A program made the position numbers and the translations under genes. The notes under the pieces are model-generated. The model was not told where the DNA came from, ran no database searches, and worked only from the letters and a program-made list of their open reading frames with translations. Shown one piece after another: positions 11,428 through 20,446 of a stretch of 64,000 bases of DNA (within the stretch, counting starts at the first letter, position 1; the number at the start of each line of letters is the position of its first letter). The stretch spans positions 2,304,001-2,368,000 of the forward strand of contig OY762007.1 in NCBI GenBank assembly GCA_963665115.1, given 5' to 3'. Origin of the DNA: an uncultured Rivularia sp. (GTDB lineage: Bacteria; Cyanobacteriota; Cyanobacteriia; Cyanobacteriales; Nostocaceae).

Positions 11428-12059
11428 CTTGCACGGATAATCTACTTTGCTGCAAATTCGATCGACAATCCACTTTGATAGTGAAACTTGTTTAGGAGGC
11501 ACAATCACCTCACACACAATTTTAGTTACTGCTAAGCTAAGAACCGACTAAATTTAGATAAAAATCGATGTAATTAACTTATGCAAAAACATATCCTTTA
11601 TAGCCTTTAATTATAAGACAAGTAAAACAGAACGCAATTATATGGTCAGATTGTCAACTGTCACACAATTAAGTTAAAAAAGTAAAAACTGATGATAAAC
11701 AAGTTCATCCTTTTACTTAAAATTTTACTTGACGTTTCACAGTAAGTTTGGTCGTAACCTCCGAGTCAATTCTAAAATTATTAAGAAGTTCAGATCAAAA
11801 TTAACTTAACTTATTCTTAACCACATCTTACTTTAGGATGGACAATTATCGACTTGGCAAAATAATTTCTTTCTTATTTAGGTCGAGAGAACGGTTGTAA
11901 AGAGTAAGGCTTAATTTGTCAATACCTTAAGTTAGTTAGACGCTTCTATAAGCGGAATATTTTAATAAAAGTATGGATAAAATGAATACCATCCGACACA
12001 TATTATTTTATACTTCTAAATGTTTATATCTTAAAAAAAATTAATATTTAGGTACCTGC

Positions 12060-12959
12060 ATGGGGTCACACAGACTAAGACGGTTGCGATTGGCTTTCCA
12101 ACTTAAAGGTACAGTTATCACCGCAATCTACTTCCGAATTATATTTTTTGGATTGTTTGGCGGTTTTGTTTCTTTACTTTACTATTTGGATTTACCTGTA
12201 TCTCAACCTATTTTAAGTAGCGTTATCCCCAGCATTGTCTTAGGTTTACTACTCGTGTTTCGGACAAATACAGCTTACGATCGTTTTTGGGAAGGTAGAA
12301 AAGCATGGGGAGATATTGTCAATAATGTCAGAAATTTGGCTCGATTAATTTTGGTATCCGTAGATGAAATATGTCCGGAAGATAGAAAAGAGAAAATAGC
12401 AGCCTTACGTTTACTGGTAGCTTTCGCAGTAGCAACTAAATTACACTTACGTTCTTTACCTATAAATAATGAATTAGAAGAGTTAATGCTCGAATCAAGG
12501 TATATAACATTGCTAACAATGAATCATCCTCCTCTAGAAATAGCTTTTTGGATAGGAGATTATTTGCAACAGCAATGTAACAATAATCAAATAAATAATT
12601 ATCAGTTAATCGCTATGCAGGAGTTAATCAATAGCATGGTAGATAATTTGGGAGCGTGCGAGCGTATTTTAAAAACCCCTATACCTTTTGCTTATACTAT
12701 TCATTTAAAACAATTATTGCTACTTTATTGCTTGCTGCTACCTTTTCAATTGGTAGAGAATCTCGGATGGGCAACTGGTGCGATTACTGCGGTTATTAGT
12801 TTTACTTTATTTGGTATAGAAGCAATAGGATTAGAAATAGAAAATCCCTTCGGTTTTGATGATAACGATTTACCGTTAAACGCGATTTGCAATACGATGA
12901 AGCGGAATATTGAAGATTTAATCAGTTTAAGACCTACATTTGATGCGAGCAAAATCTAA
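12060..12959 (+). CDS. Bestrophin-family channel
   Basis: FRTNTAYDRFWEGRKAWG, CERILKTPIP, IENPFGFDDNDLPL. Confidence 0.92.
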   Translation: MGSHRLRRLRLAFQLKGTVITAIYFRIIFFGLFGGFVSLLYYLDLPVSQPILSSVIPSIVLGLLLVFRTNTAYDRFWEGRKAWGDIVNNVRNLARLILVSVDEICPEDRKEKIAALRLLVAFAVATKLHLRSLPINNELEELMLESRYITLLTMNHPPLEIAFWIGDYLQQQCNNNQINNYQLIAMQELINSMVDNLGACERILKTPIPFAYTIHLKQLLLLYCLLLPFQLVENLGWATGAITAVISFTLFGIEAIGLEIENPFGFDDNDLPLNAICNTMKRNIEDLISLRPTFDASKI

Positions 12960-13254
12960 TAGATAATAGAAAAAGGAACAGGCAACAGGCAATAGGGAAC
13001 AGTGAAAAACTATCGGGTAAACTTAAAATTAACTATAAATAGAAGAGTTAGTTAATTATTCAGGTTCTTCTAATCAAAAATTATGGTTCTTCAGTTCCTA
13101 GCACTAAAAAAAATCTTGAAGTAAAAAGTTGAAACGCTTGCTATACAAAAATTCTCTTTCTCTACTTTAAGAATGTATTATTCACTAATACCGTCTTTTT
13201 CCCTGTTCCCCGTTTCCGGTTCCCTATTCAAAAAAAGTACCCATAAAAAACTAT

Positions 13255-13293
13255 CCGCTCTTAGTTAAGTCGGATAACTTAATCTAAGAGCGG
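13255..13293 (-). terminator. Hairpin with T-tail closing the small-ORF transcript
   Basis: CCGCTCTTAG..CTAAGAGCGG inverted repeat, followed by TTTTTT on the minus strand. Confidence 0.6.
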
Positions 13294-13394
13294 TCTAGTT
13301 GGGTCTTCAAGTTGCAACCTGACTGCCGGAAGGAACTCCAATTCAGCCTTGTCACTTAAGATAAATCAGCCTTTTAAAAAGACTAAGTTAACTC

Positions 13395-13466
13395 TTAGAG
13401 CACAGCTCCGGCACACAGCCGGTTATCTGCAACTTGACGACCCATGCGTATACTACTTTCTATCAT
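13395..13466 (-). CDS. Putative 23-aa microprotein MIESSIRMGRQVADNRLCAGAVL
   Basis: Extended SD AGGAGGTGAT (13471-13480); AGGAGG lies 8 nt before the ATG; own terminator downstream. Confidence 0.55.
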   Translation of the reverse strand: MIESSIRMGRQVADNRLCAGAVL

Positions 13467-13755
13467 GGGCATCACCTCCTTGTTGCCTAAGCGGCTTTTA
13501 ATCTCAAACAAGGCAGAGCAATTTGCTCTTTCTTTGTATGTTCCTACTATAGCATGGATTTGGGAGAAATATCGGGAAAAATCTCACAATTTTGGATTTT
13601 GCTTAGGGAGTAGGGTTGGGGGTAACAGTTAAATAAATATCGGCAGCAGTCACTATATTTTTTCAAAAAGCTAGTGTTACTAATAATTCCGACGGGTTTT
13701 AGAAACTGTCTTGGTTGCGTAAGTCCTATAGTTCAATCTAAAATCCAAAACAAAA

Positions 13756-13777
13756 ATCCCCGCCATTTGACGGGGAT
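13756..13777 (-). terminator. psbD terminator
   Basis: ATCCCCG..CGGGGAT stem with T-run on the minus strand. Confidence 0.7.
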
Positions 13778-13840
13778 GAAATCAGCTTATTTCTTATCTT
13801 TTAGCTGAGAATCGAAATTCTATTAAATCTAAAATCCAAA

Positions 13841-14899
13841 TTACAGTGCGTTACCACGAGGTAAAACTTCCTCTGGAAATACAAACTGTTCGTGAGGCTG
13901 ATCTTGAGGAGCCATCCATGCACGGATACCTTCGTTCAACAGAATATTCTTTGTATAGAAAGTTTCAAATTCTGGATCTTCTGCCGCTCTCAATTCTTGA
14001 GATACGAAGTCATAAGCACGTAGGTTCAGCGCTAAGCCAACTACACCTACTGAACTCATCCATAAACCAGTTACTGGTACGAACAACATGAAGAAGTGCA
14101 ACCAACGTTTGTTGGAGAATGCAATACCGAAAATCTGTGACCAGAAACGGTTTGCTGTCACCATTGAATAGGTTTCTTCTGCTTGGGTTGGTTCAAATGC
14201 ACGGAAGGTGTTAGAACCGTCACCGTCTTCAAACAAAGTGTTTTCTACAGTTGCACCGTGAATTGCACACAACAGCGCACCACCCAATACACCTGCTACT
14301 CCCATCATATGGAAGGGATTCAAAGTCCAGTTATGGAAACCTTGGAAAAATAGCAAGAAACGGAAGATTGCTGCTACTCCGAAACTAGGAGCGAAGAACC
14401 AAGAAGATTGACCCAAGGGATACATCAAAAATACGCTGACGAATACTGCGATCGGTGCAGAAAACGCAATGGCATTATAAGGACGAATTCCCACCAAGCG
14501 GGAAATTTCAAATTGACGCAACATGAAGCCAATCAAACCGAAAGCTCCGTGTAGCGCAACAAATGTCCACAATCCGCCTAGCTGACACCAACGGGTGAAG
14601 TCACCTTGAGCTTCAGGTCCCCACAAAAGCAATAGGGAATGTCCCATGCTGTCTGCGGGTGTGGATACTGCCACTGTAAGGAAGTTACAACCTTCTAAGT
14701 AAGAAGATGCTAAACCGTGGGTATACCAAGAAGATACAAAAGTTGTACCTGTTAGCCATCCACCTAGAGCCATGTAGGCACAGGGGAAAAGCAATAGACC
14801 CGACCAACCGATAAAAACGAATCTATCTCGCTTTAACCAGTCATCGAGTACGTCAAACCAGCCTCTACTACTAGGGGCGCGTCCAACTGCGATGGTCAT
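13841..14899 (-). CDS. psbD: Photosystem II D2 protein, monocistronic copy (no psbC follows)
   Basis: [27 protein letters not shown]...[10 protein letters not shown]. Confidence 0.99.
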   Translation of the reverse strand: MTIAVGRAPSSRGWFDVLDDWLKRDRFVFIGWSGLLLFPCAYMALGGWLTGTTFVSSWYTHGLASSYLEGCNFLTVAVSTPADSMGHSLLLLWGPEAQGDFTRWCQLGGLWTFVALHGAFGLIGFMLRQFEISRLVGIRPYNAIAFSAPIAVFVSVFLMYPLGQSSWFFAPSFGVAAIFRFLLFFQGFHNWTLNPFHMMGVAGVLGGALLCAIHGATVENTLFEDGDGSNTFRAFEPTQAEETYSMVTANRFWSQIFGIAFSNKRWLHFFMLFVPVTGLWMSSVGVVGLALNLRAYDFVSQELRAAEDPEFETFYTKNILLNEGIRAWMAPQDQPHEQFVFPEEVLPRGNAL

Positions 14900-15269
14900 G
14901 AGATTAAATCTCCAAATAGTTATAATTACAGCTTTATTCAACTTTGAGGTAAGCATTTGACTGCCGCCCTCATGCAGAAAAGCAACTAGATTGTCAATCT
15001 AGTTTACAAATTTTTACTGTCTCTAATTTTATTGTATAGAAAAATAGGTAATTTTTCCAGTCGGTTTTAAAAATAACTGATTTTTTTTTGCGACTCTACA
15101 TGAATGCTTGGGTATGCGAAGAGTCCTATATCAGGTAATGATTACAGGTTATGAATAGTTAATATTTTTTTTAGATTTAGTAATATTTCGTTCTCATTTT
15201 TGAGTTTGGGCTGTTAATGTAGTGCTGACGCTAAAATTAGACAAAACAGTTAATTTTAATTAAGGTTCC

Positions 15270-15542
15270 ATGTTTACTATCGATTTAACAGTAAGAAATA
15301 CAGCTTTCCCCGCATCTGTTGAACGCAAGACTCAAGAAGATGCTGAAGCTATCTATCAGCTAGTTTTATCAGCAATGCGTTCTGGTAATCCAGATATTAT
15401 CGAACTTGAGTCGGAAGGCAAAGTTGAGAAAAAAATCGCGATTCGTGCTACTGAAATTTCTGGTATTCAGATAACTCAGAAAGAAGGCACAGCTAGTGGA
15501 GGTGGTAAAACTCCTGGTTTCTTTGCTTTAACTTCGGAATGA
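15270..15542 (+). CDS. Small hypothetical protein (90 aa)
   Basis: Clean ORF 4 nt before the ABC ATPase gene. Confidence 0.8.
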   Translation: MFTIDLTVRNTAFPASVERKTQEDAEAIYQLVLSAMRSGNPDIIELESEGKVEKKIAIRATEISGIQITQKEGTASGGGKTPGFFALTSE

Positions 15543-15546
15543 AACA

Positions 15547-16242
15547 TTGGTGGAACACAAAACGAGTGAACCGGGAATCTCAGTAAAAGATTTAAACTTT
15601 GACTGGCCTTCAGGGACGCAGGTAATCAAATCTTGCTCTTTAGAAGTACCTAGAAGTGAATTTTGGATGCTCTTAGGTACAAATGGTAGTGGAAAATCAA
15701 CTTTACTTAGACTGCTTGCAGGGTTATTAACTCCCAAAAGTGGCGAAATAGGAGTTTTACACCCCGTTGGTTTTGTATTCCAAAATCCCGATCATCAATT
15801 AGTAATGCCTACTGTTGGTGCTGACGTGGCTTTTGGATTAGTACAAGAACAATTGCCGCAAAAGCAAGTTAGAGAAAGAGTAGAAGAAGCACTGAGCGCA
15901 GTTAACTTACTTTCACTACAACGTCGTCCTATTTATGCTTTAAGTGGGGGACAAAAACAAAGAGTAGCCATTGCCGGTGCGATCGCCCGTCGTTGCGCTT
16001 TGTTATTGTTAGACGAACCCACTGCCTTACTCGATCCAGATAGCCAATTAGAATTAGTGGCTGGTGTCCGTCGTTTGGTAAAAAGTCGAGGTATTACAGC
16101 ACTTTGGGTGACTCATCGTTTAGATGAATTGAACTATTGCGACGGTGCTTTCCTACTTGAGCAAGGGGTTTTAATCGATAAAGGAGAGCCTGCACGTCTC
16201 AAAAAAGTTTTAATGGAATTGCAGGGAGGAAATGAAAATTAA
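15547..16242 (+). CDS. ECF/CbiO-type ABC ATP-binding protein
   Basis: GTNGSGKST, FQNPDHQ, LSGGQKQR, DEPT. Confidence 0.9.
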   Translation: MVEHKTSEPGISVKDLNFDWPSGTQVIKSCSLEVPRSEFWMLLGTNGSGKSTLLRLLAGLLTPKSGEIGVLHPVGFVFQNPDHQLVMPTVGADVAFGLVQEQLPQKQVRERVEEALSAVNLLSLQRRPIYALSGGQKQRVAIAGAIARRCALLLLDEPTALLDPDSQLELVAGVRRLVKSRGITALWVTHRLDELNYCDGAFLLEQGVLIDKGEPARLKKVLMELQGGNEN

Positions 16243-16586
16243 TTTTCTTTCCTAAAGACTTCTATTTCAAGTAGTAATCATTTACTAATTATTCAGGATT
16301 TCAACGCGTCTACTAATAATAGGCGCGTTTATTTAATTTTTAATTTTTAATTTTTAATTTTTAATTTATTTTCTGGCTGAATTTTATCTTTTTTGCGAAA
16401 GTCACAAAAAGGGAAAACTCAAATAGTCTATCAAAAATATAAAATCGAATGACCTTTATTTGGTAAGGGTTTCATAGTATTGTCCGGATTTTATGCTTAT
16501 GTAACATAGTGTTACAAGTAATGATTGAATTAGTATAAGAGTTATGAATGAAAATTGTAAAATCTAGAATACTGTGATTCAGAACC

Positions 16587-17138
16587 ATGTCCCCTTCATT
16601 TACCCCAGCCGTTTTACTCGTAGACGGTTATAACATTATTGGCGCTTGGTCTTGTTTAAAAAAGACTTGCGATAACGTCGGATTAGAAACTGCACGTAAT
16701 GAGTTGCTTGAAGCCCTCGTCGGTTACAGTGCATTTACGGGTTATCAAACCCAAGTAGTGTTCGATGCCCATTTTCAAAAAAATGGCAGCAACGAAGAAG
16801 TTGTGACCAAACTTGTCACGGCTTTTTATACGGATTTTGGGCAAACAGCAGACACTTATATTGAAAAACGTTGCGCGTCACTGCGTCAAAAAGTACGAGA
16901 GCGTTTATTATCGCGAGTCGTTGTAGCCACCTCAGACCGGGCGCAACAGTTGACGGTACAGGGGTATGGAGCTGAGTGGATATCTGCACAACAACTTTGT
17001 TATGAAATAGAAGCCACTGTTTGTAGAACGCGACAAAAGTATAAATCGCACAAGAAAACCAATAGTAGATTCCTAGCTAACTCTATTGATGCTAAATCGC
17101 GTCAAAAGCTAGCTGAATTACGAATGGGTTTGAAATAG
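16587..17138 (+). CDS. NYN-domain (YacP/Rae1-like) nuclease
   Basis: LLVDGYNIIG, VVFDA, TADTYIE, VATSD. Confidence 0.88.
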   Translation: MSPSFTPAVLLVDGYNIIGAWSCLKKTCDNVGLETARNELLEALVGYSAFTGYQTQVVFDAHFQKNGSNEEVVTKLVTAFYTDFGQTADTYIEKRCASLRQKVRERLLSRVVVATSDRAQQLTVQGYGAEWISAQQLCYEIEATVCRTRQKYKSHKKTNSRFLANSIDAKSRQKLAELRMGLK

Positions 17139-17319
17139 ACATCTATGGCAAACTATCTGGGCATCTACTAAGTGTAAAGCTAATTATAAACCCGGTTGAC
17201 TTGGAGTCGGTCTTTATTAGTACAAAAGTATAGCTAAAGGCGCGATCAAAAATTTTTTTCTAAAAGTTTGTTAAAGTACTTGCCAAATTCTATTTTTAGC
17301 TTTATTATATTAATCGTAG

Positions 17320-17391
17320 TCCTCAGTAGCTCAGTGGTAGAGCGGTCGGCTGTTAACCGATTGGTCGCAAGTTCGAATCTTGCCTGGGGAG
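17320..17391 (+). tRNA. trnN: tRNA-Asn(GTT)
   Basis: Cloverleaf with TAGCTCAGTGGTAGAGC, anticodon loop CTGTTAA, GTTCGAATC. Confidence 0.97.
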
Positions 17392-17589
17392 TTTAAAATT
17401 TATTTTCTTCCTTAATGCTTGTAACTAGCGAGCATTGCAAGTGGTAGCTTTTCATGAGTTCTAAGTTGCTTTAAAGCTGCTATTTAGAATACTCGTTGAA
17501 ATGCAATCTTTTTATTTTGACATATTCCCACTCATCGAATGGGTAATATTTTGGGCTTAAACAGAGATTGCGAAATGAAAGTATCTATA

Positions 17590-17696
17590 TACAGCATATT
17601 TCATCTTTGTAAGGTACATTCGGACGGGCAGGGATGCCCATCCCACAAGAGTTTTGTAATATGAGGCTGTACCTCACTTATTTGCAAAGTGCTGTA
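17590..17696. mobile_element. TA-flanked MITE-like element with internal REP-like hairpin
   Basis: TA|TACAGCA...TGCTGTA|TA ends; internal AGGTACA/TGTACCT; core GGGCAGGGATGCCC. Confidence 0.65.
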
Positions 17697-18592
17697 TATA
17701 GATAAAACTGATGCGATCAACTATCAGCATCTATTGTTCTACTTCATTTGTTTTGGCGGGTAAGAAAGTTCGTAGTAGCGCATTGTTATTGCGTTTCACG
17801 TTCACGAAGTATGCCCGAAACGCTTAGTGTTCCCTTCTAGGGAATGGAACGAAGCAATCCCAATAGCTTGAAGTTTTCAGAATGTGAAATTAATTTTGCA
17901 CGATTACTTAGTCTTTCTTCGCATAATTTGACGAATTCGGAGGGACTGAAGTCGGCACGTAGAAGCTATCATATTCTATTGGACAGATCGGTAGCCCCTT
18001 AAGTAAAAACCGCGATATTTATCAAATTGAAGCGGTTAAATTATATCTACTATTGTAAATAGCATTTTGCAGAGAAGCTAGCAGTTACAGACATTGTATT
18101 CTGTCTCAAGACATTTATGTGTTTTTAGTTTTTGTTATTCAAGCAAAAATGTATACTCTTTTAATCTAATTTGAATATAATAAATACACGTTTCAAATAC
18201 ACTTAAAAATATTCAAGCAACTTAGTTTCATTCAATTGTATATATCATCTATGCCATTCATAGTTGCTTTAGTCAATCAATTTGCTTTTATATTTTATAA
18301 AAATGGGAGCATATTTATGGTAAATACTTTTGATGATTAAGTTCGCAATATTTGTGTTTGAAATAAAGAAATATGTCTGTTGTAAGGTAAGATTTGATTT
18401 GATCTTACCAATAAAATTTTGAACGTGATGGCGATATAAAGCCAAGCAGAATTAAGAAAAGATTGGTAAGGCGGGTTTTACTTGCGATCGAGCTTTGCCT
18501 GATGAAAAGGCGATTCGCAACTCATTGGGTAATGACTTTTAGCAAGCGCGAGAAAATATTTCTGAAGTGGTTATTAACAAGGATTTAAGGTT

Positions 18593-20257
18593 ATGGTGCA
18601 AAATTTAACACCTTCTTTGATTAAAGATATCAATCCTGGTAACGAGTCTTCTAATCCTGATTTTTTGGGTGCTGTCAATGGAAACTTACTTTTCAGTACT
18701 TTCAATACTAGTAGTTTAAATACGCAATTATGGAAAACAGATGGTAGCGAAGCAGGTACAGTTTTAATACAGGGTTTTGGCAATAATTCATTTCCACCTT
18801 CAGACGTAATTAATCTCAATGGGGCTGTATATTTTTTGCAGGTTTCGGGATTTTTTAATAAATCTTTGTATCGAAGTGATGGTACTGAATCAGGTACTTT
18901 TACAATAGATAGTGCCTCGTTGAGAGCGCCTGCTGATATAAGTAATTTAACTGGAGTTGATGATACTGTTTTTTATACGGCTTCCGACTCTTCAGACTTC
19001 TTTCAATCTAAGTTGTTCAAGATTGATAATAGTACTAATCAACCAGTTCAAGTACAGCAAAATATTAATTCTGGAGGTGCAAATCCTGAAGATTTAACGG
19101 CTGTTGATAATACGTTATTTTTTAGCGCAAATAGTAACGCGATTCAAGAAGGTTCAAATATAGAACTGTGGAAAAGTGACGGTACAGATGCGGGGACAGT
19201 TTTAGTTAAAGATATTAATCATGCCAATTCTTCTAACCCAAACCTTCTCGGTGATGTTAACGGTACGCTGTTTTTTACTGCTGATGACGGTAGCAACGGT
19301 AGAGAACTTTGGAAGAGCGATGGAACTGAGTTAGATATGGTTTTAATCAAAGATATAAATCCCGGTGAAGCTTCTTCTAATGCCAATAATTTAGGGAATA
19401 TTAACGGCACCGCTTTTTTCAGCGCAAATGACGGAACTAACGGTACTGAGTTGTGGAAGAGTGACGGTACTGAGTCGGGTACAAGTTTAGTTAAAGATAT
19501 TTTTGCAGGAAGTGGAAGTTCCAACCCAGATAATCTGACTAACGTGAACGGGACAGTATTTTTCACTGCTAACAATGGCAGCAATGGAACTGAATTATGG
19601 AAGAGTGACGGTACAGCAGAAGGTACGAGTTTAGTTAAAGATATTAATCCCGATGGAAATTCTAACCCAGCTAATCTGAGAAATTTTGACGGTATTCTGT
19701 ATTTTTCCGCAGACGATGGTAGTAATGGAAGCGAATTATGGAAAAGTGACGGTACAGCAGAAGGTACGGTTTTAGTTGATGACATCAATCCTGGAAGTGC
19801 TTCTTCATCTCCAGGTGATTTGACAATATTTAACAGTCAACTTTATTTCAACGCTGATGACGGTGTTAACGGTAGAGAATTGTGGGGTTTAACTGAAACG
19901 AACAAAGATGTAATTCTGGGTGGAAGTTTAAACGATGTTCTATCTGGTAACGAACAAGATAATATCATCGACGGTTTAAAAGGTGAGGATACTTTGACTG
20001 GTGGAAGTGGTAAAGATAAGTTCGTTTTGTCTGGCGATTTTGATAATGACGTAATTACCGATTTCACTTTGGGTGAAGATGAAATTATCAATGCTACAGA
20101 TAGGATTGTATTAACAGTAGGTTCCTTTGGTGATACTTTAAAAGTCGCTTTCAGCAATACTGGTGATGTTTTACAGGTAAATCTCAACGGTAACGATCAA
20201 GCTGGATTGGAAAATTACTTGTTGAGTATCGGTAGCGATCGAGCTTTGCCTTACTAA
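18593..20257 (+). CDS. ELWxxDGT-repeat protein with C-terminal RTX-like repeats
   Basis: Multiple ELWKSDGT repeats; GEDTLTGGSGKDKF. Confidence 0.92.
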   Translation: MVQNLTPSLIKDINPGNESSNPDFLGAVNGNLLFSTFNTSSLNTQLWKTDGSEAGTVLIQGFGNNSFPPSDVINLNGAVYFLQVSGFFNKSLYRSDGTESGTFTIDSASLRAPADISNLTGVDDTVFYTASDSSDFFQSKLFKIDNSTNQPVQVQQNINSGGANPEDLTAVDNTLFFSANSNAIQEGSNIELWKSDGTDAGTVLVKDINHANSSNPNLLGDVNGTLFFTADDGSNGRELWKSDGTELDMVLIKDINPGEASSNANNLGNINGTAFFSANDGTNGTELWKSDGTESGTSLVKDIFAGSGSSNPDNLTNVNGTVFFTANNGSNGTELWKSDGTAEGTSLVKDINPDGNSNPANLRNFDGILYFSADDGSNGSELWKSDGTAEGTVLVDDINPGSASSSPGDLTIFNSQLYFNADDGVNGRELWGLTETNKDVILGGSLNDVLSGNEQDNIIDGLKGEDTLTGGSGKDKFVLSGDFDNDVITDFTLGEDEIINATDRIVLTVGSFGDTLKVAFSNTGDVLQVNLNGNDQAGLENYLLSIGSDRALPY

Positions 20258-20446
20258 CGGAGCTTACCCAACCGTAAACTAAGAATAGCTATTTAGGAAA
20301 ATTTGTTGAATATTTGCGATAAAATTTCAGTTTGTAGTAGGGCTAAAGCCCTATTTTTTTTCGCAGTTAATCTACAACCGTCTTTTTAAAGATAATTCCA
20401 TTAAACTAATTCGGTTTAATATTTCCTAAAATAGCAAAAAGCACTT

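Noticed and set aside
13444..13632. 62-aa ORF on the + strand
   Set aside because: No SD or recognisable domain; the strong SD and the terminator point to the minus-strand micro-ORF
16500..16516. NtcA box
   Set aside because: Spacing is GTA-N9-TAC, not N8
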